Shown here one piece after another: positions 13,451 through 26,034 of a DNA stretch of 64,000 nucleotides. The notes beneath the pieces were generated by a model. That model was not told where the DNA came from, did no database searches, and saw only the letters and a program-made list of their open reading frames with translations. The first letter of the stretch is position 1. Every line of letters begins with the position of its first letter. The translations under genes and the position numbers were made by a program. This DNA is from Macrostomum lignano. Its lineage: Eukaryota. The stretch spans positions 62,001 to 126,000 of the forward strand of contig NIVC01001338.1 in the NCBI GenBank assembly GCA_002269645.1, given 5' to 3'.

Positions 13451-14929
13451 GTATGTCTGTCTGGATACATATCCCAATCAATCGCCCCGAAACCGTCTCC
13501 AACCCGTACCCCACTCACTACAGTAGCCATCATCATCGCTAGAATCGTCTCCAACACCGCTAGCCTTCTCATCGCCAAGACAGCCAACAGAGGAATCTCG
13601 GCGAGCGAAAGCGTGCCCGAACAGATCGAACACGAGGCCTTTATCGCCTGTGAAGCGGGCGGTGCAGCCCAGGTAGGCCAGCGGACAGACTGTCTCAGCC
13701 GCGAGGGTGTCGCTGCCGGACAAGTTGGGATACAGGCGGAGGTGCTGCGCTGCGTGCCAAGAGAATTCGTCGCGACGAACAACCTGTGCGGCAGAGAGCG
13801 GAGGAGATTAGAATAACCGCATTACTAATGGTTACCTTGAAAAGATCTTTTGATAAACTTTATAAAACACATCAACTAAAGATAATAAAAGGATTGACTT
13901 AGTAACAAAGTACAGAATCTTGCAGATTCTTGAGTACAGACACCTGTAAGATACTTGAGTACAGACACCTGTAAGATACTAGAGTACAGACACCTGTAAG
14001 ATACTTGAGTACAGACACCTGTAAGATACTAAAGTACAGACACCTGTAAGATACTTGAGTACAGACACCTGTAAGATACTAGAGTACAGACCCCTGTAAG
14101 ATACTTGAGTACAGACACCTGTAAGATACTAGAGTACAGACCCCTGTAAGATACTTAAGGAGACAGAACGGAACCCGCAGCTCACCTGAGAGCATACCCG
14201 AGCACCGCGCGGACGCCAATCGTGGGCCCTCGGACAGCCGTCGCCAGGATTAACAAACGCCAAGTGATGATTGACAAGCTGCGGCAGCGGAGGCTGGTGA
14301 TGATGATGATTTGGCGACTCGGCAAGGCAGCTCAGAATTCGAGCGGACAGGCCGCTGCTTGGCAGTCGATGAGGCTGCTCGGCTGATTTCTCCCCAGCCT
14401 CTTCTTTATCATCATCACGATCGCCGAGTCCTTGACTACGGTAGCCTAGCAACTGGTCTAGCGGCTCACTGCCAGCCCGATGACCTTCTCCATAATTGTT
14501 GTTATTAGCAACGGACTTGGCAGGCTTACTGTTACTGTAATTATTATTACTAGACGCCGGCCGACGCTCTTTAAGCATCAGCGACAGGCAGAGGGCGCTG
14601 TCGAAATTCGATCGACAAAATCCGTCAACATCCGGACAGGCGACGCTCATGGATGACGTCACGAACTCCGGGAACAGCATCAGCGGGCACTGGACAATGG
14701 AGGCCGGACAGACAGACAGGTGACTGGCCAACTGCTGACGAGGCAATCGCCTGTCGCAACCGTAAGCAACATTGATGCAGGGGACCAGCTGCCTGGGACA
14801 AATCAACAGGTGATCCGGCCGTTTGCAGGCGTGGAAACAGGCACTGCAGTCGCAGTGAATCATGTCGCAGCCGAGGTCGCAGCTGCGCCTGTGACAGCGG
14901 CAGCAATGATTGGCGCAGATGTTGTCCAT
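12350..14929 (-). CDS. FBXO30/FBXO40-like F-box protein with an N-terminal TRAF-type zinc finger (~486 aa)
   Basis: Exons 14929-14186, 13783-13519, 12801-12350 (phases 0 and 1 compatible). N-terminal HCCRC..CD..C.C.A.FHACK..DH.LICP...VPCINVAYGC...HL.VCPASIV; CSQVVRRDEFSWH...CPLAYLGC; F-box LMTLPDELIDRILSYLDSHALLCLRSTCRAMR; C-terminal MSKHLASCEFN. Same order of motifs as in FBXO30/40. Confidence 0.88.
12830..13460. repeat. (TCTG)n microsatellite in intron 2 of the F-box gene
   Basis: Seen directly. Confidence 0.97.
13930..14158. repeat. 25-bp minisatellite (GAGTACAGACACCTGTAAGATACTT) in intron 1 of the F-box gene
   Basis: Seen directly. Confidence 0.95.
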
Positions 14930-15049
14930 GCAATAGGTTCAGAGATCACGTGGTCTGTAGCAGTTGGGCTTTTGTTTTTGTTGGAAATGCAATTCGCTAA
15001 TTAGCAATGAAAGTGGGAGCCGAATATTTGATTGCTGACAATTTATGCT

Positions 15050-15320
15050 AAGGTTGGGGTTCAGGTTAGGTTTGGGGTTCAGGTTAGGGTTGGGGTTAGG
15101 GTTCAGGTTAGGTTTGGGGTTCAGGTTAGGGTTGGGGTTAGGGTTCAGGTTAGGTTTGGGGTTCAGGTTAGGGTTGGGGTTAGGGTTTAGGTTAGGTTTG
15201 GGGTTCAGGTTAGGGTTGGGGTTCAGGTTAGGGTTGGGGTTCAGTTTAGGGTTAGGGTTCAGGTTAGGGTTGGGGTTGAGGTTCAGGTTAGGGTTAGGGT
15301 TCAGGTTAGGGTTGGGGCAC
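15050..15320. repeat. Telomere-like degenerate hexamer repeat (GGTTAG/GGTTGG/GGTTCA)
   Basis: Repeated TTAGGG with variant hexamers. Confidence 0.85.
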
Positions 15321-17205
15321 CTCCAGGTTGGGGTTCGGGTATTCATGTGCAACCTTGGGAATCACCTAGCCATTTCTATTGGCAAAACACACAAGGTTAA
15401 GAATTGGTTCAGGTTAAGAAAGGGTGAGCTCTAATAGCAACTTACATGTGTGTTGCACATAGAAATGGCCAGGTGAATCCCTAGGTTGCAGCCAAGCATG
15501 GGTTTAAGGTTAGGGTTGGGGTTAGAGGGTTCAGGTCAAGATTGGTAGTCAATTTATAGCATGTCTATATTTGTTATTAATAGTAAAATGCCTACTAGGT
15601 TTTTGTGTTATAGTTTATATAAAATATAAACAACTTATACTTAATTCAAAAAACAAAATTTGCTATAGGGGGCCTAGTTAAGGACTTTAATGAGGGTTCC
15701 ATGACTTGCCAATGCCCATATGTATATAGTAAAGGCAAATTTCAATAAAAACAAAAAAGTTAATATATAGTCATATAGACTAGGTTTTTGCAAATGATTA
15801 GGCCCTAGCTTTATAATGCAATTATATAAATAAAATGAAATTTGAAATTAGAAATACAAGAAAATAAAGAAAGTTATTTTTTTACAAGAAAAACTTTAAA
15901 AATATTTATTTAGCTTTCTGCCTTTCATTAAAATGATAATAAATAAGGGTTAGACAAGATCTTGATCTTAGTTATCAAGATCTTAGAACTTTAATAAATG
16001 GCTATTAAAAAAACTTATCTTTACAAAAATAGATGATTTTGATTATTTTATTAAGCCTATGCTGCCTATTTTTAAAATTAAGAAATGGTAATTTCTAGCA
16101 TTAATTTAAAAGCCAACAATTGTTAGGCCCTAGCCTAGGCCTAGGCCTATTGTGACTGTTTACTGTGACTATATAAATAGTAAGACAGTTGTTTTAGGCA
16201 ATCTTCTCGAATTGTTTGTTTAATTATTTCCGGAATTATTTCACCCTCTATTCAAGGGTGGTGGGGAGTGGGGGTTGGAATTGTACGAACAATTCAATAA
16301 GATAGGCCTAGCCATTGTTTTAATAGTCAATATATAAAACAAATCTATATACTAATTTTGTGCTGTTTGTCAGTCAGTCAGCCAGTCAGTTGGTTTGTCA
16401 TTGATTTTTTGAGAACTATCTCTCTTGTCTGGCCAATTATTTTTCAAATCAGTTATATACTTATACATATAGGCCTATATTTAATATTTTAGCCTTGGGC
16501 CTAAAATTGACTTCTTAGACTTTATTGCCTTGCTAGGGGGCCTACTACAGCCTACAGCTAGGCCTACAGGTTGTTAGGCTCCTAAGAATCACAATCACAA
16601 AAAATAATTGGTTCAATAACCGAGTCTAATTAAATTAATTTATATACTTTAAATTTAAATTAACTTTTAGTGAAATTGAAAACCAGGGCAGTAGGGCCTA
16701 GCCTAAGTGGCTCAGGCAAATGGCAAAACAGCCAATCTTAGGCAGTCTAGCACTCCTAGCAGTCTGATTTCTGAGCTGTAGTTTTATTGGTGTTTGACGA
16801 ATAATACGAAAACTTTGAAATATTTTTAAACAGCAAATAATAAGGTTAACATATTGTTTTATGCGATAGATATCTATAAACATTTAATATTAGGCTAATC
16901 AAATTTGGCCGAACGCATATATTTCCCTGATTTAAAACGTTATTTTTACCTCGATACAACAAACTTAAAGAGAAAGAAACTGTGGTCTCTTGTATTTATG
17001 TACTTAAAGATGACTTAATAAATAATAACTTTTTATATTAAAAAATGTTTAAAATAAGCTATCTGCTTTAGAGTGGTTTGTGTTTTTTAAGTTAAATTAA
17101 GATCGGACATTTTTGCAGGATTTTTTGTAATGCACGTGTTAAACATTCTTTTTATTAGAATTACTGAATAATATATATATCTTTGTTCCTTTGTGTGTAC
17201 TAAAA

Positions 17206-18492
<1,287 letters not shown>

Positions 18493-19677
18493 CATCTGCT
18501 TGGCTTGGATTTTTAGAACTTCAAAAAGTGAACATTTTAACAATTATGAATTTACATAAATGCATGCTAGCTTTGATTTACTTAAGCGTGTTCCATTTGA
18601 AATACATTTATAAACAATTCCGTCCGTTAAACGGTGACTAATCATATATCAAGGACCACTAAAAGTAACCGTTGTATCAGGACGCAACACTCGTAGATAT
18701 TGCAAAATTATTTGAAGGGCACACAGGTAGTTTTATCGCCAGGTTGCTTTAAATTTGGTTTTATTTAAGATGGCAGCAAGTTTTACATGTACACCAATTT
18801 TGGAGATTCTGTGGATCAAAGAGGACGTCATCTAAAAGCACCTAAAAGCCGAAGTCCCAGTAGGCAGTAGGCAGCTCACAAGACGCCTCACGACAGATCA
18901 GGATGCCTCTGACGGGCCACGCCCTCATGTCCTGTGGCGGCAGCTCAACTTCCTGAGTTCACCGCGAGGTCCGAGTCGCGATCCTCGGGCTGCCGCGCCG
19001 CGCTGGCCTTCTAATTGTGATTCCTTAATCTGATCGGACAATTGTACATGCAGTCAGAAAGCAGAGTCAGAATAAATGGTTCCTTAAATTCAAGAAACTG
19101 ACACCCAACTCACACTCAACTAACACCCAAATGACGCTCAACTGACACCCAACTGGCATCCAACTGACACCAACTGACACCCGGCTGACACCTCGATTAT
19201 CCTTGCAGAACCGTTAACAGATCGAAGTACAGTGATTGCTTGACAGAAATAAATATTTAGATTAAAGAAAATTCCGTGTATTTCTTTCATAGCTTCATGA
19301 AATGTGAAATTTAGTTAGAAAAAAACGTTGTGCGCTGGCACGGTTAAGAAACTACAATATTAAGTTTTATAACGGGTGGTAATAAAATATTTTGAAAATT
19401 TCTCTAGTTAAAAATGTATAGAATAAAATAAAACAAACTAAGGCAAAAATAATATAACTTGCATCGCACACCAAGAGATAATTAAAGCTGCTTAAAAGAT
19501 TTTTCACCTGAACCAAAAAATCCAATATTCATTGACTTGGGATAAAATGTGCAATAGACTACGGAATTAAAACAAAAGCTGGTGAATTAAGACGTCAAAA
19601 TCCACAGATGAGATTAGAGGATCAGAATTGTTACGCTTTGCAGATGGGTTAGAGGTAAAAATCCATCATAGGTGGGA

Positions 19678-20725
19678 TTAGATGGATTGAAAATAACTGG
19701 TAGGTGGATTACTAAATCGGAGTATGATGACATCCTCAGTCAGGTACTTGTTAGCCATGGCCACCGTCTTCACTGTGCCGGCCAGCCTTCCACACGGGTC
19801 GTTAAAATATCGCCAACCAATTTTGATGCAGAAGACGATTAAAATTGGTTGAACGAGAGAAGACGATAAAACGATTGTTGTTATTATCGTTTTAGAGAGT
19901 GACGTTACTGTCGGACAGGAAGGCGCCATTAAAGTACAGCTTGGACTTGCCCGTCACGTCTGAGACATCGAAGGCAGAACCGATGGCAGAATCTGCTGCT
20001 TGGACATAAGGCTGCGGTGTCCGTTCTGGATGTACAGCCGCCTGGTGTCCGTGGGGCTGCTGTCGCCCCACTCCCACAGGTGCAGCCAGTACTCTGTAAA
20101 GCTGCTGCAGTCGGTCAGCTTGATGAAGACGTTCACTTCAGGCGTCCTGCTCACCTCCATGAGCCAGGTGAAGCTGCTGTTGAAGTCGAGGCCCCGCGTG
20201 TCCGTCACCCGCGACGTCGCGCCGTTCATCCTGGCGCCGTCGCTGCTCCAGACGACCCCGTCGTGCTCGACGGAGTTCCTCTGGCCGCGGGCGTCGCAGA
20301 CCAGATTTTCCAGCCGGGCCCGCGGTTGCCGACCCACACGGCGGCGAAGTGCCGGTTGGCGACGAGGGCGTCCAGCTCGGAGTCCACGAACAGCTCGCAG
20401 TCGGCCGGGCCCAGCGCGGGGTCGTCGGGCGGGCTGCTCAGGCTGAGCAGGTGGCAGACTCGGCTGAACAGGAACAGCGAGCAGGCGGAGCTGCGCCGGT
20501 GCCGCTGCACCACCCCGACGCCCGACAGCGGCTGCCAGCGGGCCCGGATGACGCACTCGAGCGGGGAGGCGGCGGGAGCGGGCAGGGCCCAGGCGGCCAG
20601 GGACCGGCTGAGGCAGGGCCGCCAGAAGGCGGGCAGGTAGGCGGCGGAGGCGGCCAGCGGCAGGACGACAAAGGAGAGCAGAAGGCAGGCCAGCAGCGGG
20701 CTGCGAATTATTTGGCGAGCGACAT
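19678..20725 (-). pseudogene. Secreted LamG/concanavalin-A-like domain protein broken by about 4 frameshifts (pseudogene or assembly errors)
   Basis: Signal-like LLACLLLSFVVLPLAASA, then LamG-like segments in successive frames: NLVCDARGQRN..W..DGARMNGATSRV...LDFNSSFTW; TGKSKLYFNG; KIGW....LAGTVKTVAMANKYLTEDVI. Confidence 0.55.
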
Positions 20726-21129
20726 GTCGATCTGCTGCTTCCAGGAGAGATTGTTGCAGAAATAGGAGAAAGTTTTCCGCTAATATACAGCTGCTCCAGA
20801 CGGACTAATTGATTGTTGAGTCAATAATAATCATATTTTAACTGTGACAGACTAATTCCTAAAGGGGCTGAAATGCCTGCTTGTGATGGCGTTTTAACTG
20901 GCATAATTAGCTCAGATTTTTGTCTCTCCCTCTGTTTGCTTTGGATACAGGCAGAAATGCAAATTAATGGATGCTTTTGCATTTGAAGGATAATCAATTA
21001 AATTTCTGTGTCTAAATGCATATCAACAGTTGAAAGATAGATAGACGCAGGTGCTAGAAACATTACAGGCGTTTGCCTTGTTGCTGCGCCCACCCCTCGC
21101 CAGCAGCAGGAAAGCTCGAGAGAGTGGCG

Positions 21130-21595
21130 TCTGCGATCTTCGTACAGGCTGGAGACCCGGATCCAGCTGTTCCAGTGCAGCGGCCCAGCCATCGGTGAAC
21201 GGCGCGGTCGTCTAGTGGTCCTTGTCAACTTGCTTTTTGCACCCATAGGTTTTTTGTTTTGCATACATAGTACGCTCGTATAATAATGAAAGTAGCAGTA
21301 ATGTACATGTATTATCATCATCATCAGATCCATAGCCATCCTGCTCAGCTGAACCAGACTCTCTCCACTCTACTGCCTGTCCAGCCACCTTGTGACCCTT
21401 GCCTCTGCCCCTCTGTCCCTGAGCAACACCCACCACCTTCAACCACAGCCTTCAGCACTTCATCGCTCCTCTCAACGTGCCCGGCGAAACGGAATTTCCT
21501 TCTTTTGATCAGATCCACTTTCTCCTTCCAGGAAATGCCCTGCATCCTTCTGTAGATCTTCATCTAGAAAGCTCTCAGTCGCTTTTTAACTTTCT
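21130..21595 (-). mobile_element. Degenerate 3' ORF fragment of an RTE-like non-LTR retrotransposon
   Basis: KRLRAF*MKIYRRMQGISWKEKV...IKRRKFRFAGHVER...VVEG and RRPRR...EDRRR; in-frame TAG at 21564-21566 where RTE elements have Glu (AFEM). Confidence 0.75.
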
Positions 21596-22109
21596 TTTCC
21601 ATTGTCCAGCTCTCACACGCAGAGAGAGAGAGAGAATAGTTGCCATGGCTAACGAGCTCATTAGCAGCATTTTATTTTCATGTGGATGTTTTTTGCTGCC
21701 CAGATGTTGTTCAGTTTCCCTAGCCGAATCTCCATGCCTGACTTTCCATTGTCTTCTGATCGATATCCAAGGAAGGTAAAAAACTCCTTATGTGTTCCGA
21801 ATGTACACAATAACCGTCAAATTCCCCAAACCGATTCTCCCTGTCCCCCTCTTGCCAGTCATCATCACTGCTGAAGCTTGAAGGCAAGCCTGACAAAACT
21901 GAAGCAAATTGTACCTTAGATGTGGACTCAACTTAAGAGGATTTACAAGTGGAATAAAGTATTTGTCGATATGCTAGATAGCATAGTACAGCTTGAACAT
22001 GACCATAAAAGATATCCACACAGCTATATTCAAATGTATAGATTACAACTATCTTTAAGACTTTGATTTCAATAAAACATCATAAAGACATGTCATAAAG
22101 ACATCATCG

Positions 22110-22165
22110 CAAGGTCTTGAGTACTTGAGTACTTGAGTACTTGAGTACTTGAGTACTTGAGTACT
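22110..22165. repeat. (GAGTACTT)n octamer repeat
   Basis: Seen directly. Confidence 0.95.
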
Positions 22166-22649
22166 TGAGTGCTTGAGTACTTGAGTTAATTTGTTCATAA
22201 AGACGTAAGCGGATGAATAGAAAACTATTTTATAATTTACAAGCAAATGTTCAATGTAAAAAAAAATAGAATTTTGGGCATTTATAATTTACACAAATTT
22301 TTGGAGTACATGTAGAGATCATGTAGATGTAGAACTTAGTGAGCTCATACACGTACATATCCATACATTCATAATTGTCAATCCGGGGCTAGATATGGGT
22401 CATCTATGCAACGATTTGGATTTTGAATTTCATCTGGGATTGAGTACCCCGAGACTCTTTCGATTCGATAGGGCTGTCTATCTGAAATGAAATGTTATCA
22501 AGGTAATGGGATTACCTAGGAATTGGGATTATCTCAGATTCAGAAAGATTTGCAACTATAAGTCCAGGAATTTAGATTATCAGGGATATTAAGGATGATC
22601 AGGGAGGCTTGAGATTATCTTTGATTGAAGATTATCTGCGGTTGGGGAT

Positions 22650-22790
22650 TATCTAGGGTTGGGATTATCTAGGGTTGGGGATTATCTAGGGTTGGGGATT
22701 ATCTAGGGTTGGGGATTATCTAGGGTTGGGGATTATCTAGGGTTGGGGATTATCTAGGGTTGGGGATTATCGTGCGTTGGGGATTATCTG
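22650..22790. repeat. 17-bp minisatellite (GGGGATTATCTAGGGTT)
   Basis: Seen directly. Confidence 0.95.
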
Positions 22791-22943
22791 GGGTTAGGAA
22801 TTATTCAGAGTCGAGGATGATATGTGATAGGGGTTATCCGGGATTGATATTACCTGTAATCGGAAGTTCTTTGGGATTTTAAGTGTCTGGGATTTGAGGC
22901 CATTAATTTTCTTAGCAGTATTCCCCTGTCATCCTCAATTTAA

Positions 22944-25500
22944 TCAATCGCACCCCGCATTCGCAGTCAGCAGCCGCAGCGACACACTGCCATGCTCCGA
23001 AGCTCCGTAGCCGACAGCACTGTCGCCACTCAACATCTGACAGTCGATGCCGCTATCGCCGTCGCAGAAGCTGCCGCCGCCGCCGCCGCTGTCGGTGTAG
23101 TACAGCCCGGCCCCGCCGCCGCTGTAGCCGCCGCCGCCGCCCGCCGCTCCGTAGCACTCCTGCGTCGCGTCAAACTCCGTCGTGTAGCCGCCGCCGCCTC
23201 CGCCGCCGCCAAATCCGCCGTCACCGCCGCGGAGGTTGCCAGCTAGCGAGCCGTTGAACCCGCCGACGCCGCCAAGCCAGCCGTTGGCGAGGCCGCCGCC
23301 TCCGTCGCCGTCGATAGCGCTCCGACGCGGATTGACCGGCGAGCCGACGACCCAGCCAGCGCCGCAGCCGCCGTGGTTGCTGAAGTCGAGCTGGCTGGCT
23401 GTCGACATGCTGGCCGGTTCGTTGAACCCCGGCTGGCCGAATGTGCCGCCCACGCCGTGGAAGCCGTCTCCTGTCGATGAGCCGTGCGAGTTGCTGCCGT
23501 TGCTGCTGCTGGTGCCGTGCATGCCTGGGGCGAAGGAGTCGGTGACATCTTCATCTTCATACTTCTCACGGCCTTATTCTTATTCTCGGCTTATGCCTCA
23601 CTCATACCTCATTTTCTTTTAGGGATTTCTTATCCCTACTCCTCAAAGTTGTTTTAAGACGCAAAATCTTAAATTACAAATCTGATGTTCGAGCAGTATG
23701 GTTCTCTAATCCAAAAATCAAATCCAAAATTGAAAATCCCATATGTCAACTCCCAAATTCAAAATTTCAAATCCCGAATCCCAACTCCTAAATCCCAAAT
23801 CCCAAATTCCAAATTCCAAATTCCAAATCCCGAATTCCAAATACCAAATCCCAAATCTCTAATCCGAAATCCGAAGTCCCAACTCCCAAATTCCAAATCC
23901 CAGATTCCAAATCTCAAACCCAAAATCCCGAATCCCAAATCCCATATCCCAAGTCCCAAATTCCAACTCCCTACTTCCAAATCCCGAATCCCAAATCCCA
24001 ACTCCCAAATCCCAAATTCCAAATCCCAGATTCCAAATCTCAAATCCCAAACCCCAAATCCCAAATCCCATTCAAAATCTCACCGCCAGCCCAGTATGTG
24101 GCGCCGCCGCCCCCGCCAGCGGCCAGGTACAACCTTGCTGGTTCGCCGTCGCCAGTGGCGCCTCTGTACACAAAGCTGCCGCCGCCGCCTCCGCCGCCTC
24201 GACTTCCGACGGCGCTGCCGGTGGCGCCTCCAGCCTGGCCGACCACTACAGACAGCTGGACGCCGATCGGGAGAACAAACTTGCCAGTCGCCATGGCGCC
24301 GAGACCGCCGGGCTGGTTCTCCTCGAAGCTTCGACCGCCTTTGGCGCCGCGAGCGGTCAGCAGGTAGCAACCAGCCACGGGTGTGGTGGCAGTTTGAACC
24401 GAGCCAGTGCGACCTGTGCTGCTGTCTGAGTGTGCCGATCGGATCAGATTAGAGTGGGATCAAAGTAGATGGGGATCAAAGTGAAACGTAATCAATTTTC
24501 CCACATGTACGGCGCTTTGGATCATATCAGGATGGGATCATATTGGGATCACATCGGGATGGGATCACATCGGGATGGGATCATATCGGGATGGGATCAT
24601 ATCGGGATGGGATCATATTAGGATCACATCGGGATGGGATCATATCGGGATGGGATCATATCGGGATGGGATCATATCGGGATGGGATCATATCGGGATG
24701 GGATCATATCGGGATGGGATCATATCGGGATAGGATATCATATACTCTCTGAGATCTCTTACTCGAAAAGTTCATATAGACGCTTTGACCGAGTAGATTT
24801 CGAAAATTCTCCTCCAGCCACACCTGGCTGCCGGAGTTTCCGAGTAGACGATGTTGGAAGCTGTGGGCAGGCGGGCTGTCTGCAAGGTTGCGTATGATCA
24901 CCAGCTGGCAGAGTTGGCCAGTCAGGACTGCGGCTGAGCACCCCAGTTGTCGACAGCGAGCTACGCAGTCGAGTTCCCGGTTGCCAGCAAAGCTGGTGAC
25001 GTTGATCACCTGGCTGCTGATTGTGGAGTCCAGCTCGAGCAAGGCGCTGCTTGACAGGCGGTAGTTGCGGCATCGAGTTGGTGAGGCTGCCAGGACCAGA
25101 GTGACTGAAACTCGATAATTATTACAGATTGAGATTGATTGCTAATTCCATAATTAGGTAGTTAATTGAGCTAATTAAGGTAATTGATAGGTAGGTAGGT
25201 AAGTAGGCAGGTAGGTAGATAGGTAGGCAGGTAAGTAGGCAGGTAGGTCGGTAAGTAGGCAGGTAGGCAGGTAGGTAGGCAGGTAGGTAGGTAGGTAGGC
25301 AGGCAGGAAGGCAGGTAGGTAGGTAGGCAGGAAGGCCGGTAGGTAGGCAGGTAGGTAGGTAGGCAGGTAGGTAGGTAAGTAGGCAGGTAGGCAGGTAGAT
25401 AATAGGTTAGACGCATGTGCAACTTACACAGCTGGTTCGCACTCAAGATCACGAGAGCAGATGCAGCACAGAGCGTAGAATAGAATTTCCAGGGTAGCAT
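22944..25500 (-). CDS. Secreted PAN/apple-like + ALK/LTK-type glycine-rich domain protein (441 aa), no TM or kinase
   Basis: Exons 25500-25428, 25104-24763, 24413-24084, 23524-22944, all phase-1 GT-AG. Signal peptide; PAN-like [22 protein letters not shown]; glycine-rich domain [86 protein letters not shown]. Confidence 0.85.
23750..24075. repeat. CCAAAT(T)/CCCAAAT low-complexity repeat in an intron
   Basis: Seen directly. Confidence 0.9.
24520..24730. repeat. 16-bp minisatellite (CATATCGGGATGGGAT) in an intron
   Basis: Seen directly. Confidence 0.95.
25185..25400. repeat. (GTAG/GCAG)n microsatellite in an intron
   Basis: Seen directly. Confidence 0.95.
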
Positions 25501-26034
25501 ACTCTAACGGCTTAGGACTCAGAGTTGGGAGACTACCTAAGCAGCAGCAACAATGGGACGGAATTCTAAAACAAGCGGCTGCAGACAGTGTAATGAGCGA
25601 TGCCGGGGCGGTGTGCCTATTAAAGGTATGGATTTTACTGCAGCTTATTAATAATTCAAGTCGATCCCTGCATCCCTAGGCTCAATTGTTGCAATAAGAC
25701 AGGGTTTTTGACAATTTATTTTTTTGACGTTTTATACACAGGCTGGAGGGGCTGATACTACACGTGTGTAGTATTACATGTAGCTAAGCACTAGCATTAG
25801 CAATTTTGTAATTGATTGCAACTTGTATGTAGAACCCTGTGCAAGCTTACATGTACCTCAGAAGAATGCCGCCTAACTAGATATGAATACCTGTATCGGC
25901 TGACCTTTAATTGAGACATGTACATCACGAAAGCATGTACATCATGCAGACGGAAGTGATGAAGTGAATTACCTTATTTAGTCTGACCTTATTTAAGTAT
26001 GAAGCTAACTTTAGTTCCTTACTGAGTCTTACAT

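Noticed and set aside
2953-15434. Long ORFs such as WGRFSG, VERQIR, QTDR, KSQFPNL and NPNPNL repeats
   Set aside because: They are translations of stop-free intronic or flanking tandem repeats, often open in several frames or on both strands.
15450-17000. AT-rich region with frequent TAGGCCTA motifs
   Set aside because: No termini, ORF or periodicity to define a feature.
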